The position numbers and the translations under genes were made by a program. From contig CAWIIV010000006.1 in assembly GCA_963836205.1 (NCBI GenBank), positions 224,001-288,000 of the forward strand: 64,000 nt of DNA, in the 5' to 3' direction. How positions within the stretch are numbered: the stretch's first letter is position 1; the number at the start of each line of letters is the position of its first letter. Below the pieces are notes generated by a model. That model was not told the DNA's origin. It did not search any database and worked only from the letters and a program-made list of their open reading frames with translations. Origin of the DNA: an uncultured Acidimicrobiia bacterium. GTDB taxonomy: Bacteria > Actinomycetota > Acidimicrobiia > Acidimicrobiales > AC-14. Below, in pieces: positions 10,580 to 22,269 of the stretch.

Positions 10580-12250
10580 TCAGGGCTCGGTGATGGCCCC
10601 CCGCTCGGCCCCGGTGACGAGGCGGGCGTACTTGGCCAGGACCCCCGTGGTGTACCGGGGCGGCGGCAGCTTCCAGTCCGCCTTGCGGGCGGCCAGGGTG
10701 GCGTCGTCGACCAGGAGGTCGATGGTGCGGGCGTCGGCGTCGATGACGATGCGGTCGCCGTCGGCCACCACGCAGATGGGCCCGCCGTCGACCGCCTCGG
10801 GGGCGACGTGGCCCACGCAGAATCCCCGGGTGCCGCCCGAAAAGCGGCCGTCGGTGACCAGGGCGGTGTCGGCGCCCCGGCCCGCCCCCTTGAGGGCGCC
10901 GGTGACGGCCAGCATCTCCCGCATCCCGGGTCCGCCCTTGGGCCCCTCGTAGCGGATGACGAGCACGTCGCCGGGACGGATGCGACCGGCCAGGATGTCG
11001 TCCATGGCGGCCGTCTCCCCGTCGAAGACCCGGGCCGTGCCCTCGAAGCGCATGGTGTCGATGCCCGCCACCTTGACGACCGCCCCGTTGGGGGCCAGGG
11101 AGCCCCGGAGGACGGCGATGCCGCCCTCGGCGTGGATGGGGTCGTCGAGGCGGTGGATGATGCGGCCGTCGGGCGGGGGCGGGTCGAGGGCGGCCAGGTT
11201 CTCGGCCATGGTGCGGCCGGTGACAGTAAGGCAGTCGCCGTCGAGCAGGCCCGCCTCCAGCAGGTGGCGGAGCACCATGGGGACGCCGCCCACGGCGTCG
11301 AGGTCGGTCATGTGGTACTTGCCGCCCGGGCGCAGGTCGGCGATGTGGGCCACCCGCCGCCCGATGCGGTTGAAGTCCTCCAAATCGAGCTCCACCCGGG
11401 CCTCGTTGGCGATGGCCAGCAGGTGGAGGACGGCGTTGGTGGACCCGCCCAGGGCGTTGACCACCGCGATGGCGTTCTCGAAGGCCCCCTTGGTGAGGAT
11501 CTGGCGGGGACGGATGCCGGCCTCGATCAGCGCCATCACCGCCTGGCCGCTGGCGTAGGAGTAGTCGTCGCGGCGGCGGTCGACGGCGGGGGCCGACGCC
11601 GACCCGGGCAGGCACATCCCCAGGCCCTCGGCCGCCGCGGCCATGGTGTTGGCGGTGAACATCCCCGCGCAGGAGCCGATGGTCGGGCAGGCGTTGCGCT
11701 CGATGAGGGCCAGCTCGTCGGCGGTGAGCCCGCCGGCGGAATAGGCCCCGACCGCCTCGAACACGCTCACGATGTCGAGGGCCTCGCCGTGGGCGCCCCG
11801 TCCGGGGAGGATCGTGCCTCCGTAGACGAAGACGGACGGGACGTTCAGCCGGGCGGCCGCCATGATCATGCCGGGGAGGGACTTGTCGCAGCCGGCGAAC
11901 GTCACCAACGCGTCGAAGCGCTCGGCGTGGACCATGACCTCCACCGAGTCGGCGATCACCTCCCGGCTGACCAGGGAGGCGTGCATCCCCTCGTGGCCCA
12001 TGGAGATGCCGTCGGACACGGCGATGGTGACGAACTCGATGGGGAAGCCCCCCGCCGCCCGCACGCCGGCCTTGGCCCGCTGGGCCAGCCGGGAGAGGGA
12101 CATGTTGCAGGGGGTGACCTCGTTCCAACTGGTGGCCACGCCCACCTGGGGCTTGTCCCAGTCGTCGTCGGTCATGCCGATCGCCCGCAGCATGGCCCGG
12201 GCCGGCGCCCGCTCGTACCCGCCCGTCACCTCGTGGCTTCGCAAGTCCAT
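10580..12250 (-). CDS. ilvD: Dihydroxy-acid dehydratase
   Basis: [44 protein letters not shown]. Confidence 0.96.
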   Translation of the reverse strand: MDLRSHEVTGGYERAPARAMLRAIGMTDDDWDKPQVGVATSWNEVTPCNMSLSRLAQRAKAGVRAAGGFPIEFVTIAVSDGISMGHEGMHASLVSREVIADSVEVMVHAERFDALVTFAGCDKSLPGMIMAAARLNVPSVFVYGGTILPGRGAHGEALDIVSVFEAVGAYSAGGLTADELALIERNACPTIGSCAGMFTANTMAAAAEGLGMCLPGSASAPAVDRRRDDYSYASGQAVMALIEAGIRPRQILTKGAFENAIAVVNALGGSTNAVLHLLAIANEARVELDLEDFNRIGRRVAHIADLRPGGKYHMTDLDAVGGVPMVLRHLLEAGLLDGDCLTVTGRTMAENLAALDPPPPDGRIIHRLDDPIHAEGGIAVLRGSLAPNGAVVKVAGIDTMRFEGTARVFDGETAAMDDILAGRIRPGDVLVIRYEGPKGGPGMREMLAVTGALKGAGRGADTALVTDGRFSGGTRGFCVGHVAPEAVDGGPICVVADGDRIVIDADARTIDLLVDDATLAARKADWKLPPPRYTTGVLAKYARLVTGAERGAITEP

Positions 12251-12304
12251 GGGGATGATCGTGGCACAGGTAGCCCGACCACGAGCCCTAGAATCGTGAC
12301 CGGC

Positions 12305-13624
12305 GTGGACCGGGAAAATGGGGACCTCCGACAGCGGCTGGCCGACGAGCTCGAGGCGGTGCGGCAGCGGTCCCTCGACCTGTTGTCCCCCCTCGACGAC
12401 GATGCCCTCTTCCGCCAGCACTCGCCCCTGATGTCGCCCCTGGTGTGGGACCTGGCCCACGTCGGCAACTACGAGGAGCTGTGGCTGCTGCGGGAGGTGG
12501 CCGGGGCCGCACCCATCGACGCCGCCCTCGACGACGTCTACGACGCCTTCCGCCACCCCCGCGCCGGGCGTCCCTCGCTGCCCCTGCTGGGGCCGGCCGA
12601 GTCCCGCCGCTACCTGCTCGACGTGCGGGGACGGGCCCTCGACGCCCTGGAGCGGGCCGTCCTCGACGACGACGGTGGCGGCCGCCCGCTGCTGGCCGGC
12701 GGGTTCGTGTACGGGATGGTCGTCCAGCACGAGCACCAGCACGACGAGACCATGCTGGCCACCCTCCAGCTCATGGCCGGAGACGGCTACCGGCCGCTGG
12801 CCCCGTCCCCGCCGGGGGCTGCCGATCCCCCGCCGTCGGGCGAGGTCTTCGTCCCCGGGGGGCCGTTCGTGATGGGCACCGACGCCGACCCGTTCGCCTA
12901 CGACAACGAACGCCCGGCCCACGTGGTCGACCTGCCCGCCTTCCGCATCGACGCCGGGCCGGTCACCAACGGCCGCTTCCTGGAGTTCGTCCTCGAAGGG
13001 GGGTACGGCCGGCCCGAGCTGTGGGAGGCCGAGGGGTGGGCGTGGCGGGAGGAGAACGACGTCGGCCACCCGCAGTTCTGGGTCCCCGAGGGCCGCGACT
13101 GGTCCCGGGTGCGGTTCGGGTTCCACGAGGACCTGCCCCTCGACGAGCCGGTGCAGCACGTGTGCTGGTACGAGGCCGACGCCTTCGCCCGGTGGGCGGG
13201 CAAGCGGCTGCCTACCGAGGAGGAGTGGGAGAAGGCGGCCTCGTGGACGCCGGAAGGAGTGAAGCGCCGGTACCCGTGGGGCGACCAGGCGCCGACGGCG
13301 GGCGGCGGCCCGGCCAACCTGGGCGGCGGCCTCTACCGGCCGGCCCCGGTGGGGGCCTACCCCGACGGGGCCAGCGCCTACGGCTGCCACCAGATGGTGG
13401 GCGACGTCTGGGAGTGGACGGCCAGCGACTTCGAGCCCTACCCCGGCTTCGCCTCCTTCCCCTACCGGGAGTACTCCGAGGTCTTCTTCGGACCGTCCTA
13501 CAAGGTGCTGCGGGGCGGGTCGTGGGCCACCTCCCCGGCGGCGGTGCGAAACACGTTCCGCAACTGGGACTACCCCATCCGCCGCCAGATCTTCAGCGGG
13601 TTCCGCTGCGCCCGCCCCGCCTGA
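12305..13624 (+). CDS. egtB: Ergothioneine sulfoxide synthase
   Basis: [25 protein letters not shown]-sulfatase domain, [17 protein letters not shown]; start 12305 or 12296. Confidence 0.95.
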   Translation: MDRENGDLRQRLADELEAVRQRSLDLLSPLDDDALFRQHSPLMSPLVWDLAHVGNYEELWLLREVAGAAPIDAALDDVYDAFRHPRAGRPSLPLLGPAESRRYLLDVRGRALDALERAVLDDDGGGRPLLAGGFVYGMVVQHEHQHDETMLATLQLMAGDGYRPLAPSPPGAADPPPSGEVFVPGGPFVMGTDADPFAYDNERPAHVVDLPAFRIDAGPVTNGRFLEFVLEGGYGRPELWEAEGWAWREENDVGHPQFWVPEGRDWSRVRFGFHEDLPLDEPVQHVCWYEADAFARWAGKRLPTEEEWEKAASWTPEGVKRRYPWGDQAPTAGGGPANLGGGLYRPAPVGAYPDGASAYGCHQMVGDVWEWTASDFEPYPGFASFPYREYSEVFFGPSYKVLRGGSWATSPAAVRNTFRNWDYPIRRQIFSGFRCARPA

Positions 13625-13642
13625 TCGATCCCGCGTAACCCG

Positions 13643-14389
13643 ATGTGCCGCTTCCTCTGTTACCTCGGCCCGCCCGTCACCCTGGCGTCGGTCGTGCTCG
13701 ATCCGCCCCATTGCCTGAAACGGCAGGCGTGGGCACCGAGACACCAGCGGGTGGGGAAGATCAACGCCGACGGGTTCGGGGTGGGGTGGTACGACTTCGG
13801 GCGGCGGCCGGAGCCGGCCCGGTACCGCACCGCCCGTCCCATCTGGGCCGACCGTTCCTTCGAGAGCGTGGCCGGGCTGGTGACGGCCCCCGCCATGGTG
13901 GCGGCGGTGCGCGACGCCACTCCCCCGTCCCCGGTGGAGGAGACGGGCGCCCAACCGTTCATGTCCGGACCGTGGCTGTTCGCCCACAACGGCAAGGTCG
14001 AGGGCTGGGGGATCGATCCGGCGGTGAAGACCGGGCTGCGGCGGCCCCTGTCCGACCTCCGGGCGGCCGCCATCGAGGGGGGCGCCGACTCCGAGATCCT
14101 CTTCGCCCTCGCCCTCGACCGCCTCGACGACGGGGCCACGCCCGCCGAGGCCCTGGCCGCGGTCGTCGCCACCGCCACCGCGGTCGCGCCGGCCCGGCTC
14201 AACCTGCTCCTCACCGACGGCCACCAGGTGACGGCCACCGCCCGGGGCGACTCCCTCTTCGTCCTCGAACGGGTCGACGCGGTCGTGGTCGCGTCCGAGC
14301 CCTACGACGACGACCCCGCCTGGTGCCGGGTCCCCGAGGGGTCGATGGTGCAAGCCCGGCCGGGATGGGTATCGACGGTCCCGTTGTGA
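13643..14389 (+). CDS. egtC: Gamma-glutamyl-hercynylcysteine sulfoxide hydrolase
   Basis: N-terminal MCR (Ntn hydrolase), [13 protein letters not shown]; operon context. Confidence 0.92.
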   Translation: MCRFLCYLGPPVTLASVVLDPPHCLKRQAWAPRHQRVGKINADGFGVGWYDFGRRPEPARYRTARPIWADRSFESVAGLVTAPAMVAAVRDATPPSPVEETGAQPFMSGPWLFAHNGKVEGWGIDPAVKTGLRRPLSDLRAAAIEGGADSEILFALALDRLDDGATPAEALAAVVATATAVAPARLNLLLTDGHQVTATARGDSLFVLERVDAVVVASEPYDDDPAWCRVPEGSMVQARPGWVSTVPL

Positions 14390-15381
14390 CGAGTCCCGCG
14401 CCCGAGCCCCGCTTCGACGTCCACCTCGCCCCCGGCGCCATGCGGGCCGCGCTGCGGGCCGACGTGGCCGAGGGGCTGACGTCGACCCCCAAGCAGCTCC
14501 CTCCCAAGTGGTTCTACGACGACGTGGGCTCGCAGCTCTTCGACGAGATCACCCGTCTCCCCGAGTACTACCCGACCCGGCGGGAGCGGTGGATCCTCGA
14601 GCACCACGCGGCCGACATCGCCCGGCTCAGCGGGGCCGACACCCTGGTCGAGCTGGGCTCGGGCACGTCGGAGAAGACCCGGCTGCTCCTCGACGCCTTC
14701 GTGGCCCGTTCCGACGTCAGCGGGCGGTTCCGGCGCTTCGTGCCCTTCGACGTGAGCGAGACCACCCTGCGGGACGCGGCCGCGGCGGTGGCGGTCGAGT
14801 ACCCGACGGTGCAGGTCCACGGGGTGGTGGGCGACTTCGAGCACCACCTGGGCCTGCTGCCCGGCGGGGGGCGGCGGCTGGTGGCCTTCCTGGGCGGCAC
14901 CATCGGCAACCTCGACCCCAAGCAGCGGTCCCAGTTCCTGGCCGACCTGTCCGCCGGCCTGGCCCCGGGCGACGGCCTGCTCCTCGGCACCGACCTGGTG
15001 AAGGACGTCGACCGCCTGGTGGCCGCCTACGACGACGCCGCCGGGGTGACCGCCGACTTCAACCGCAATGTCCTCGCCGTCGTGAACCGCGAGCTCGGCG
15101 CCGATTTCCAACCCGACCGCTTCGCCCACGTCGCCCTCTTCGACACCGAGCAGGAGTGGATCGAGATGAGGCTGCGGTCGGAGGTCGACCAGCAGGTGGC
15201 GGTCGCCGACCTCGACCTGGTGGTCGACTTCGAGGCGGGCGAGGAGATGCGCACCGAGATCAGCGCCAAGTTCCGCCGCCCGGGCGTGGAGGCGGAGCTG
15301 GCCGACGCCGGCCTCGCCCTCGCCCGGTGGTGGACCGACCCCGCCGGCGACTTCGCCCTGTCGCTCTCCTTCAAGGAGTAA
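14386..15381 (+). CDS. egtD: L-histidine N-alpha-methyltransferase
   Basis: [26 protein letters not shown]; GTGA overlap with egtC. Confidence 0.95.
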   Translation: MTSPAPEPRFDVHLAPGAMRAALRADVAEGLTSTPKQLPPKWFYDDVGSQLFDEITRLPEYYPTRRERWILEHHAADIARLSGADTLVELGSGTSEKTRLLLDAFVARSDVSGRFRRFVPFDVSETTLRDAAAAVAVEYPTVQVHGVVGDFEHHLGLLPGGGRRLVAFLGGTIGNLDPKQRSQFLADLSAGLAPGDGLLLGTDLVKDVDRLVAAYDDAAGVTADFNRNVLAVVNRELGADFQPDRFAHVALFDTEQEWIEMRLRSEVDQQVAVADLDLVVDFEAGEEMRTEISAKFRRPGVEAELADAGLALARWWTDPAGDFALSLSFKE

Positions 15382-15384
15382 GCA

Positions 15385-15415
15385 AGAAGCCCGGTCCGCT
15401 GGGGACCGGGCTTCT
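15385..15415. terminator. Hairpin between convergent genes
   Basis: AGAAGCCCGGTCC/GGACCGGGCTTCT inverted repeat. Confidence 0.7.
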
Positions 15416-15441
15416 CGTCGTTCTCGGGTGCGGGGGACGGG

Positions 15442-16861
15442 CTAGCCGCCACCGCCCGGGTCGGGCTCAGGCTCGGGTGCGCCGCCACTGCCACCGCCGT
15501 CGTCGAAGGCGGACAGCGCCTCGGCGGTGGCGGGGTCGAGCGGGCTGAGCACGCTGCGGTTGTAGGTGACCGCGGGCGGCGTCGCCAGCGGGCGGAACTC
15601 GGGCGCCACCGGCGGGGCGGTGGGCTCAGGGGCGGCGTATGCGACCGGCGTGAAGGTGTGCTCGGTGCGGCGGACCACCGCGCCCAGGGCGATGGCCAGC
15701 AGGGCCAGGCCGACGAGCGGCGCCAGGTTGGAGCCGGTGCGGGCCAGCGGAGGTGTGACGACGGTGGGCGGCCGGGTGGTGCTGGTGGTCGTGGTGGCCA
15801 GCGTGCTGCCGGCCGGAGGCACCGTGACGACCGGGGCCACCGTCGTGCTGGTGGTGGTGGTGGCCGCGGGAGCGATGGTGGTGGTCGTCGTGGCCGGGGC
15901 GGCCGTGGTGGTGACCGCCACCGTCGTGGTCGTCGTGGCCGGCGCCGTCGTGGTGGTCGTGGTGGCCGGCGCCGTGGTCGTCGTGGTCGTCGCGCCGGGG
16001 ATCGTGGTGGTGGTGGTGGTCGTCGTCGTCGGCGCGACCGTCGTGGTGGTCGTGGTCGTCGGCGGCACCGTGGTGGTGGTCGTGGTCGGCGGCACCGTGG
16101 TGGTGGTGGTCGTGGTCGGCGGCGCGGTGGTGGTGGTCGTGGTGGTGGTCGGAGCCACGTTCACGTCGGGGCCGGTGGCGGCGCAGTTGGACTCGGCCAG
16201 GATGATCTCGACCACGCCGAGGAGCGAGCCCAGGCCGGGCAGCACGGTGATGTGGGCGCCACGCACCTGGATGCTGGTGCTGCCGATGGCGTTGGAGATC
16301 GTCTGCTCGTTGAGGGTGACCTCGAGGATGCCGGGCAGGACGATGGAGGTGTTGGCTGCCGGGGAGCCGAGGAGCGGGTTGCCGCCCAGGACGCCGCCGA
16401 CGATCTCGGTGAAGCCGCTGGAGCCGTTGCCGTTCGAGGTGCACTGCGTCTCGATGGCGTCGATGGCGAGCGAGCCCAGGCCGACCACGACGTCGGCCAC
16501 GCTGGCCCGGCTGTGGGCGAAGCCCAGGTGGCCCGCGGGGTCACCCGCGGCGACGCCACCGCCGTCGGTGGAGCCGGTGAGCACGCCGAGGCTCAACAGG
16601 CCGGGGATGCTGAGGGGCACCGCCGCCTGGGTGGTGGGGCCGTAGCTGTCGACCGGCTCGGTGGCCGAGCCGGATCACCAGCGGCGTCGGCGCGATCAGC
16701 GAGCCGAGGAGGCCCGAGTTGACGGATGCTCCGAAGGCGCTACCGGAGACGGAGTCGACATCGGCCTGGGCCGATGGTGCGACCGCGGCCAAGATGATGG
16801 CGACGATCGGAATTCCGGCGATTGCGGCCGCTCGGAACCTTGAGGTTCCCCCTGCGCTCAT
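15442..16861 (-). CDS. Choice-of-anchor-P-like surface protein with Thr-rich stalk and LARTG; frameshift near 16675
   Basis: Signal peptide ending AQA; VTLNEQ and AESNC; frames join if one base is removed, matching the paralog. Confidence 0.75.
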
Positions 16862-16984
16862 CTCAGCACTCCTTCGGTGATCTGGCGCTCCCCACCCCGC
16901 ACCGCCTTGGCGAGTTCAAGACGACGAACGGGCGAACCTTAGTCGACGGGTTGCGAGGTTACGAGTTTGCTGACAAGAAACCCG

Positions 16985-17015
16985 AAAGGCCCGACTTCCA
17001 AACGGAAGCCGGGCC
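16985..17015 (-). terminator. Intrinsic terminator
   Basis: GGCCCGGCTTCC-GTTT-GGAAGTCGGGCC-TTT. Confidence 0.7.
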
Positions 17016-17032
17016 CCTCGTTGCGAAAACGC

Positions 17033-18281
17033 TTACGGACGTTGGTCACCGTCGTCGTCGAACGCCGACAGGGCGTCTCGGGCGGCGGCGTCGAGCGGGT
17101 TGCGCCGCACCCGTCTGCGGGCGGCGGAGGGCCGGGCCTCGACCGGGTGGAACTGGACCGGCGCCGGCGGGCCTGACGGGACCGAGGGCGACTGCGTGGC
17201 CGGCAGGAAGCCGTCACTGCCCCGGCGGACGATCACACCCAGGGCGATGGCCAGGAAGCCGATCGCAACCATGGGCATGGAGCTGGTGCCGGTGCGGGCC
17301 AGCGGCGGCGGCGTGGTGACCGGGGGGCTGGTGGTGGACGTGGTGGTGGTGGGCGGCAGGGTGCTGCCGGCCGGCGGCACCGTGACGACCGGAGCGATGG
17401 TGGTGGTCGTGGTGGTGGTGGCCGCCGGGGCGACCGTCGTGGTGGTGGTGGCCGGCGCCGTGGTCGTGGTGGTGGTGGCCCCGACGGCGGTCGTGGTGGT
17501 GGTGGCGGGAACCGTCGTCGTCGTCGGTGGTGGTGGTGGTGGGGGCCGTGGTGGTGGTGGTCGAGGTGGTCGGGACCACGTTGACGTCGGGCCCGGTGGC
17601 GGCGCAGTTGGACTCGGCCAGGACGATCTCGACCACGCCCAGGAGCGAGCCCAGGCCGGGCAGCACGGTGATGTGGGCGCCCCGGACCTGGATGCTGGTG
17701 CTCCCGATCGAGTTCTGGATCGTCTGCTCGTTGAGGGTGACCTCGAGGATGCCGGGGAGGGTGAGGCTGGTGTTGGGCAACGGCGAGGTGATCAACGGGT
17801 TGCCGCCGAGGACTCCCCCGACGAGCTCGGTGAAGCCGGTGGAGCCGGTGCCGTCGGAGCGGCACTGGGTCTCGAGGGCGTCGATGCTGATGGCGCCGAG
17901 GGCCACGACCACGTCGGCAACGCTGGCGCGGGCGGCCGCGAACCCGAAGTGGCCGGCTGGTTCGTCGGCGGCGACGTCGCCACCCTCGACCCGGGCGTTG
18001 AGGACGCCGACGCTGAGCAGGCCGATGACGTTGACCGGGACCGACGACTGGGAGGTGGGGCCGAAGCTGTTGACGGGTTCGGTGGCGGTGCCGGAGGTGA
18101 GCGGGGTCGGCGCGATGACTGCGCCCAGCAGCGACGACTGGAGCGTGGCGCCGTAGGCGCTGGCGTTGACCGAGTCGACGTCGGCCGTCGCCGATGGGGC
18201 GAGCATGGCCAAGAGGATCGCCGCGATCGGGATGCCCGCGATGACGGCAGCCCGAATCCTCGACGTTCGAGAATCGATCAT
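17033..18281 (-). CDS. Paralogous choice-of-anchor-P-like LARTG protein; frameshift near 17525
   Basis: Near-identical core to 15442-16861; indel in ACC/ACG Thr-codon run. Confidence 0.75.
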
Positions 18282-18416
18282 CCCCCCGGACTCCTTTGGT
18301 CGTCCCTGCCCTGCCGCCGTATCCCACCCACACCTGCTCCGCTCAAGCAGACGGCGTAACCTAGCCCGAGGATCGAGCCCGACGCCAGTACTGTCGCGAG
18401 AAGGTTTTGTGAACGC

Positions 18417-18794
18417 TCAGCGGGCTTCTCGCTGCTCTACGTGGTAATTCCAAAGCTCGCTACCGGTGGCGACAGGCCCACCCTGGGTGGTCGGCGGCCC
18501 GCCCGGAGAGCCGGCGGGCGGCCCCGCTGTTCCACCACCAGGTGCCCCGCCGCCGCCCGGGCTCCCGTGGGCCTGGCCGAACGCCTGGGACGCCATCCAC
18601 GCCTGGAACGACTCCTCGTCCCGCCACCGGGTGTAGACGAGCCACGTGGTCCGGTCGTCGGTCGGGCGCAGGAGCTGGAACTCCTCGAACCCCTCGGACT
18701 TGCCCACCTGGCCGGCACGGGCCGCGAACCGCGCCGCCAGCTGGTCGGCCCGCTCCGCCGGCACGGTGATGGCATTGATCTTCACGACGCTCAT
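18417..18794 (-). CDS. ABM-family monooxygenase, MhuD/IsdG heme-degrading-like
   Basis: VVKINAITVP, RFAARAG, FQLLRP, TRW-EESFQAW, conserved His. Confidence 0.8.
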   Translation of the reverse strand: MSVVKINAITVPAERADQLAARFAARAGQVGKSEGFEEFQLLRPTDDRTTWLVYTRWRDEESFQAWMASQAFGQAHGSPGGGGAPGGGTAGPPAGSPGGPPTTQGGPVATGSELWNYHVEQREAR

Positions 18795-18817
18795 GGCGCC
18801 GAACCCTAGGCCCCCCT

Positions 18818-19056
18818 CGAACTGGTGACAGATTCCGTCGCCCAGGAGCCCCGAGCCTCACCGGTTGCGGCGGCGGATCCGAACTGGTGACGGATTCGGG
18901 GGGTGGGACCCCCGGATTTGTCACCGGTTCGCCTGGGGATCCGAACTGGTGACGGATACGGGGGTAGGACCCCGGATTTTGTCACCGGTTGGCGGCGGCG
19001 GAGCCGAACGGGTGACGGATACGGGGGGTGGGACCCCCGGGATTTTGTCAGCGGTT
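18818..19056. repeat. Four tandem copies of ~52-bp palindromic element, period 62-63 bp
   Basis: CGAAC(T/G)GGTGAC at 18818, 18880, 18942, 19005, each followed 27-30 nt later by a GTCACCGGTT-like arm. Confidence 0.9.
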
Positions 19057-20490
19057 GGCGGCGGCCAGCTCGCGGAGGCGGGCGGTGACGGACTTGCCGT
19101 CGGCCTTGCCGGACGTGGCGGCCATGACCTTGCCCACGAAGAAGCCGGCCAGCCTGGCCTCGCCCTCGCGGAACCGGGCCCATTCCCCCGGGTGGTCGGC
19201 CACCACCTGGTCGACCACGCCGGCCAGGGCGTCGGACCCGAGGGCCTCGAAACCACGGGCCCGGGCGATGGCGGCCGGGTCGCCGCCGCCGGCCAGCACC
19301 TCCGCCAGCACCTGCTTGGCCTGGGTCGAGGTGAGGCGGCCGTCGCCCTCCATCACCAGGACGGCGGTGAACGAGGCCACCGGGACATCGGCCGGAGCCA
19401 CGTGGGCCGCGGCCACCTCGTTGGCCGCCCGGTTCAACGCCAGCCGGGGGTCGGCCCCACCCGCCACCGCGGCCGACACCAGCTCGTCGAGGCCCAACGC
19501 CACCACCGTGGCCACCGCCTTGTCGTCGCCGGCCACACCGGCGGCCGCGGCCAGCGACCCCCGACGGTCGGCGGGCAGTGCGGGCAGGCCCGCCCGCACC
19601 GCGTCCCGCCATTCGTCGGACGGCACCAGCGGCACCAGGTCGGGCTCGGGGAAGTAGCGGTAGTCGTAGGCCTCCTCCTTGGAGCGCATCGACGACGTGC
19701 GGCCCGCGTCCTCGTTCCAGTGGCGGGTCTCCTGCACGACCTTCTCCCCCGCCTCCAGCAGCCCGATCTGGCGCCGCACCTCGTAGTCGACGGCCCGCCC
19801 CAGGGACCGAACCGAGTTGAGGTTCTTGATCTCCGCCCGAGTACCCAACACCGAAGACCCCAAGGGCCGCACCGACACGTTGGCGTCGATGCGCAGCGAC
19901 CCCTCCTCCATGCGGGCGTCGGACGCCCCGATGGCGACGAGGATCGCCCGCAACTCGTTGACATAGGCGCGCGCCTCGTCGGCCGAGCGGATGTCGGGCT
20001 CGCTGACGATCTCCACCAGCGGCACGCCGGCCCGGTTGTAGTCGACCAGGGCGTAGTCGGCCCCGTGGATGCGCCCGCTCTCGCCCACGTGGGTGGTCTT
20101 GCCCGTGTCCTCCTCCATGTGGGCCCGGGTGACGCCGATGCGGGTGCCGTCGGGGAGGTCGAGGTGGCCGCCCACGTTGATGGGCTGGTCGTACTGGCTG
20201 ACCTGGTAGTCCTTCGGCATGTCCGGATAGAAGTAGTTCTTCCGGTGGAAGATCGACGGCCGCACCTCGCAGTGCAATGCCGTGCCCACGGCCATGGCCA
20301 GCTCCACCGACCGGCGGTTGAGCACCGGCAGCGACCCGGGCAGGCCCAGGCAGACAGGGCAGACGTTGGTGTTGGGCTCGTCGCCGAAGGCGTTGGGGCA
20401 GCCGCAGAACAGTTTGGTGGCGGTGGCCAGCTCGCAGTGGACCTCGAGTCCGATCACGGTCTCCCACGCAGTCGACACCGTTGTGGTCAT
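19048..20490 (-). CDS. gatB: Asp/Glu-tRNA amidotransferase subunit B
   Basis: [29 protein letters not shown]. Confidence 0.97.
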   Translation of the reverse strand: MTTTVSTAWETVIGLEVHCELATATKLFCGCPNAFGDEPNTNVCPVCLGLPGSLPVLNRRSVELAMAVGTALHCEVRPSIFHRKNYFYPDMPKDYQVSQYDQPINVGGHLDLPDGTRIGVTRAHMEEDTGKTTHVGESGRIHGADYALVDYNRAGVPLVEIVSEPDIRSADEARAYVNELRAILVAIGASDARMEEGSLRIDANVSVRPLGSSVLGTRAEIKNLNSVRSLGRAVDYEVRRQIGLLEAGEKVVQETRHWNEDAGRTSSMRSKEEAYDYRYFPEPDLVPLVPSDEWRDAVRAGLPALPADRRGSLAAAAGVAGDDKAVATVVALGLDELVSAAVAGGADPRLALNRAANEVAAAHVAPADVPVASFTAVLVMEGDGRLTSTQAKQVLAEVLAGGGDPAAIARARGFEALGSDALAGVVDQVVADHPGEWARFREGEARLAGFFVGKVMAATSGKADGKSVTARLRELAAANR

Positions 20491-21905
20491 CGGGGGGCGC
20501 TCCGTTCGAGGGCGGCCGCGGCCCGGAACAGGACGGGCTCGCCGAGCGCGGGGCCGAGCAGTTGGATGCCGACGGGCAGCCCGTCGTCACCCGTGCCGAA
20601 GGGGACCGAGACGGCGGGGTGGCCGGCCAGGTTGGACGGGATGGTGCAGACGTCCGACAGGTACATGGCCAGCGGGTTCTCGCTCTTGGCCCCGACGGGG
20701 AAGGCGGTGGTCGGCGACGTCGCCGTCAGGAGGAGGTCGAACTGGGCGTAGGCGGCCTCGAGGTCGCGGATCAGCAGGGTCCGGACCCGTTGCGCCTGCC
20801 CGTAGTAGGCGTCGTAGTAGCCGGCGGACAGCGCGTAGGTGCCGAGCATGATGCGGCGCTTGACCTCGGGACCGAAGCCGGCGGCCCGGGTGGCCCCGTA
20901 CATGGCGGTCACGTCCTCCGCGTCAACCCGCAGCCCGTAGCGCACCCCGTCGTAGCGGGCCAGGTTGCTCGACGCCTCGGCGGTGGCGATGAGGTAATAG
21001 GCCGACAGGCCGAGCGTGACGGAGGGCACCGACACCTCGTCGACCTTGGCTCCCTCGGCGGCCAGGGCGGCGGCCGCTTCGGTCAGGCGGGCGCCCACGT
21101 CGGGGTCGAGCCCGTCGATGAGCTCCCGCACGACGCCCACCCGCAGCCCCTCCACGCCGTCGCCCAGCACGCCGCTCACCCGGGGCGCCGGCCCCGCGAT
21201 GGAGGTGGAGTCGAGGGGGTCGTGGCCGCCGATGACCTCGAGCAGGGCGGCGGCATCGCCCACCGTCGCCGCCAGCGGGCCGATCTGGTCGAGCGAGGAG
21301 GCGAAGGCCACCAGCCCGTACCGGGACACCGCGCCATAGGTGGGCTTCATCCCCACCACCCCGCACAGGGCCGCCGGCTGGCGGATCGACCCGCCGGTGT
21401 CGGAGCCCAGGGCGAGAGGGGCGAAGCCGGCCGCCACCGCCGCCGCGCTCCCCCCGCTCGACCCCCCCGGCACCCGGGTCGGATCGTGGGGGTTGCGGGT
21501 GGGACCGAAGGCCGAGTTCTCGGTGGACGAGCCCATGGCGAACTCGTCCATGTTCGTCTTGCCGATGACGATGGCGCCCGCCTCCCGCAGCCTGGTGACG
21601 ACGGTGGCGTCGTACGGCGGCTTCCACCCCTGGAGGATGCGGGACGAGCAGGTGGTGGGGATGCCCCGGGTGGCCAGGTTGTCCTTGAGGGCGACCGGCA
21701 CCCCCGCCAGGGGACCGGGGTCCTCGCCCGCCGCCACCTGCCGGTCGATCCGGTTGGCCGCGCCCAGGGCGTCGGCGTGCAGGACCCGGTTGAAGGCGTG
21801 CAGCTCCGGTTCGCGGGCCGCGATCGCCTCCAGGTGAGCCTCGACCACGCTGCGGGCCGAGCGCCGTCCGGCCCGGACGTCGGCCGCGATCTCCACCGCG
21901 GTCAC
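20487..21905 (-). CDS. gatA: Asp/Glu-tRNA amidotransferase subunit A
   Basis: Amidase signature [27 protein letters not shown]. Confidence 0.97.
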   Translation of the reverse strand: MTAVEIAADVRAGRRSARSVVEAHLEAIAAREPELHAFNRVLHADALGAANRIDRQVAAGEDPGPLAGVPVALKDNLATRGIPTTCSSRILQGWKPPYDATVVTRLREAGAIVIGKTNMDEFAMGSSTENSAFGPTRNPHDPTRVPGGSSGGSAAAVAAGFAPLALGSDTGGSIRQPAALCGVVGMKPTYGAVSRYGLVAFASSLDQIGPLAATVGDAAALLEVIGGHDPLDSTSIAGPAPRVSGVLGDGVEGLRVGVVRELIDGLDPDVGARLTEAAAALAAEGAKVDEVSVPSVTLGLSAYYLIATAEASSNLARYDGVRYGLRVDAEDVTAMYGATRAAGFGPEVKRRIMLGTYALSAGYYDAYYGQAQRVRTLLIRDLEAAYAQFDLLLTATSPTTAFPVGAKSENPLAMYLSDVCTIPSNLAGHPAVSVPFGTGDDGLPVGIQLLGPALGEPVLFRAAAALERSAPR

Positions 21906-22207
21906 GGCGCTTCACCCAAGATGCGGGGCACCTTGAACCGGCCCGCTTCCGCCGCCGGCGCCGCCGCCAGCACCTCGTCGCGGTCGAGGCAGGGCCGGAT
22001 CACGTCGTCGCGCAGGACGTTCACCAATGGCAGGGGGTGGGCGGTCGGGGGCACGCCCGCGGTGTCGAGGGCGGCGACGTCGGCTGCGTGGTCGAGGACG
22101 GCCGCCAGCTGGCCGGTGAACTCGTCGATCTCGGCGTCGGTGAGGGTCAGGCGGGCCAAGACGGCAACGTGCACGACGTCGTCCCGGGAGAGGGTGGGCT
22201 TGTCCAC
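21902..22207 (-). CDS. gatC: Asp/Glu-tRNA amidotransferase subunit C
   Basis: [22 protein letters not shown]. Confidence 0.95.
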   Translation of the reverse strand: MDKPTLSRDDVVHVAVLARLTLTDAEIDEFTGQLAAVLDHAADVAALDTAGVPPTAHPLPLVNVLRDDVIRPCLDRDEVLAAAPAAEAGRFKVPRILGEAP

Positions 22208-22269
22208 CGACCCATCGTAGGACCGGGCCCCGCGGCGACTTCCGCGCGTTCCCGGCCGACAATGGCGGA

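Noticed and set aside
8917-10593. Val/Leu-rich antisense ORF, similarly 15566-16645
   Set aside because: Mirror of Asn/Thr codon repeats on the coding strand
16862-17030. Riboswitch upstream of the surface-protein gene
   Set aside because: Explained by a terminator, a TAAGGT -10 box and an RBS; no recognisable aptamer consensus
18825-18952. Plus-strand GTGA-chained 21-aa ORFs in the gatB array
   Set aside because: Antisense to both flanking genes; follows automatically from the 62-bp period
18818-19056. CRISPR array
   Set aside because: Interiors of units 2-4 are near-identical, units are whole palindromes also found singly, and no cas genes are present
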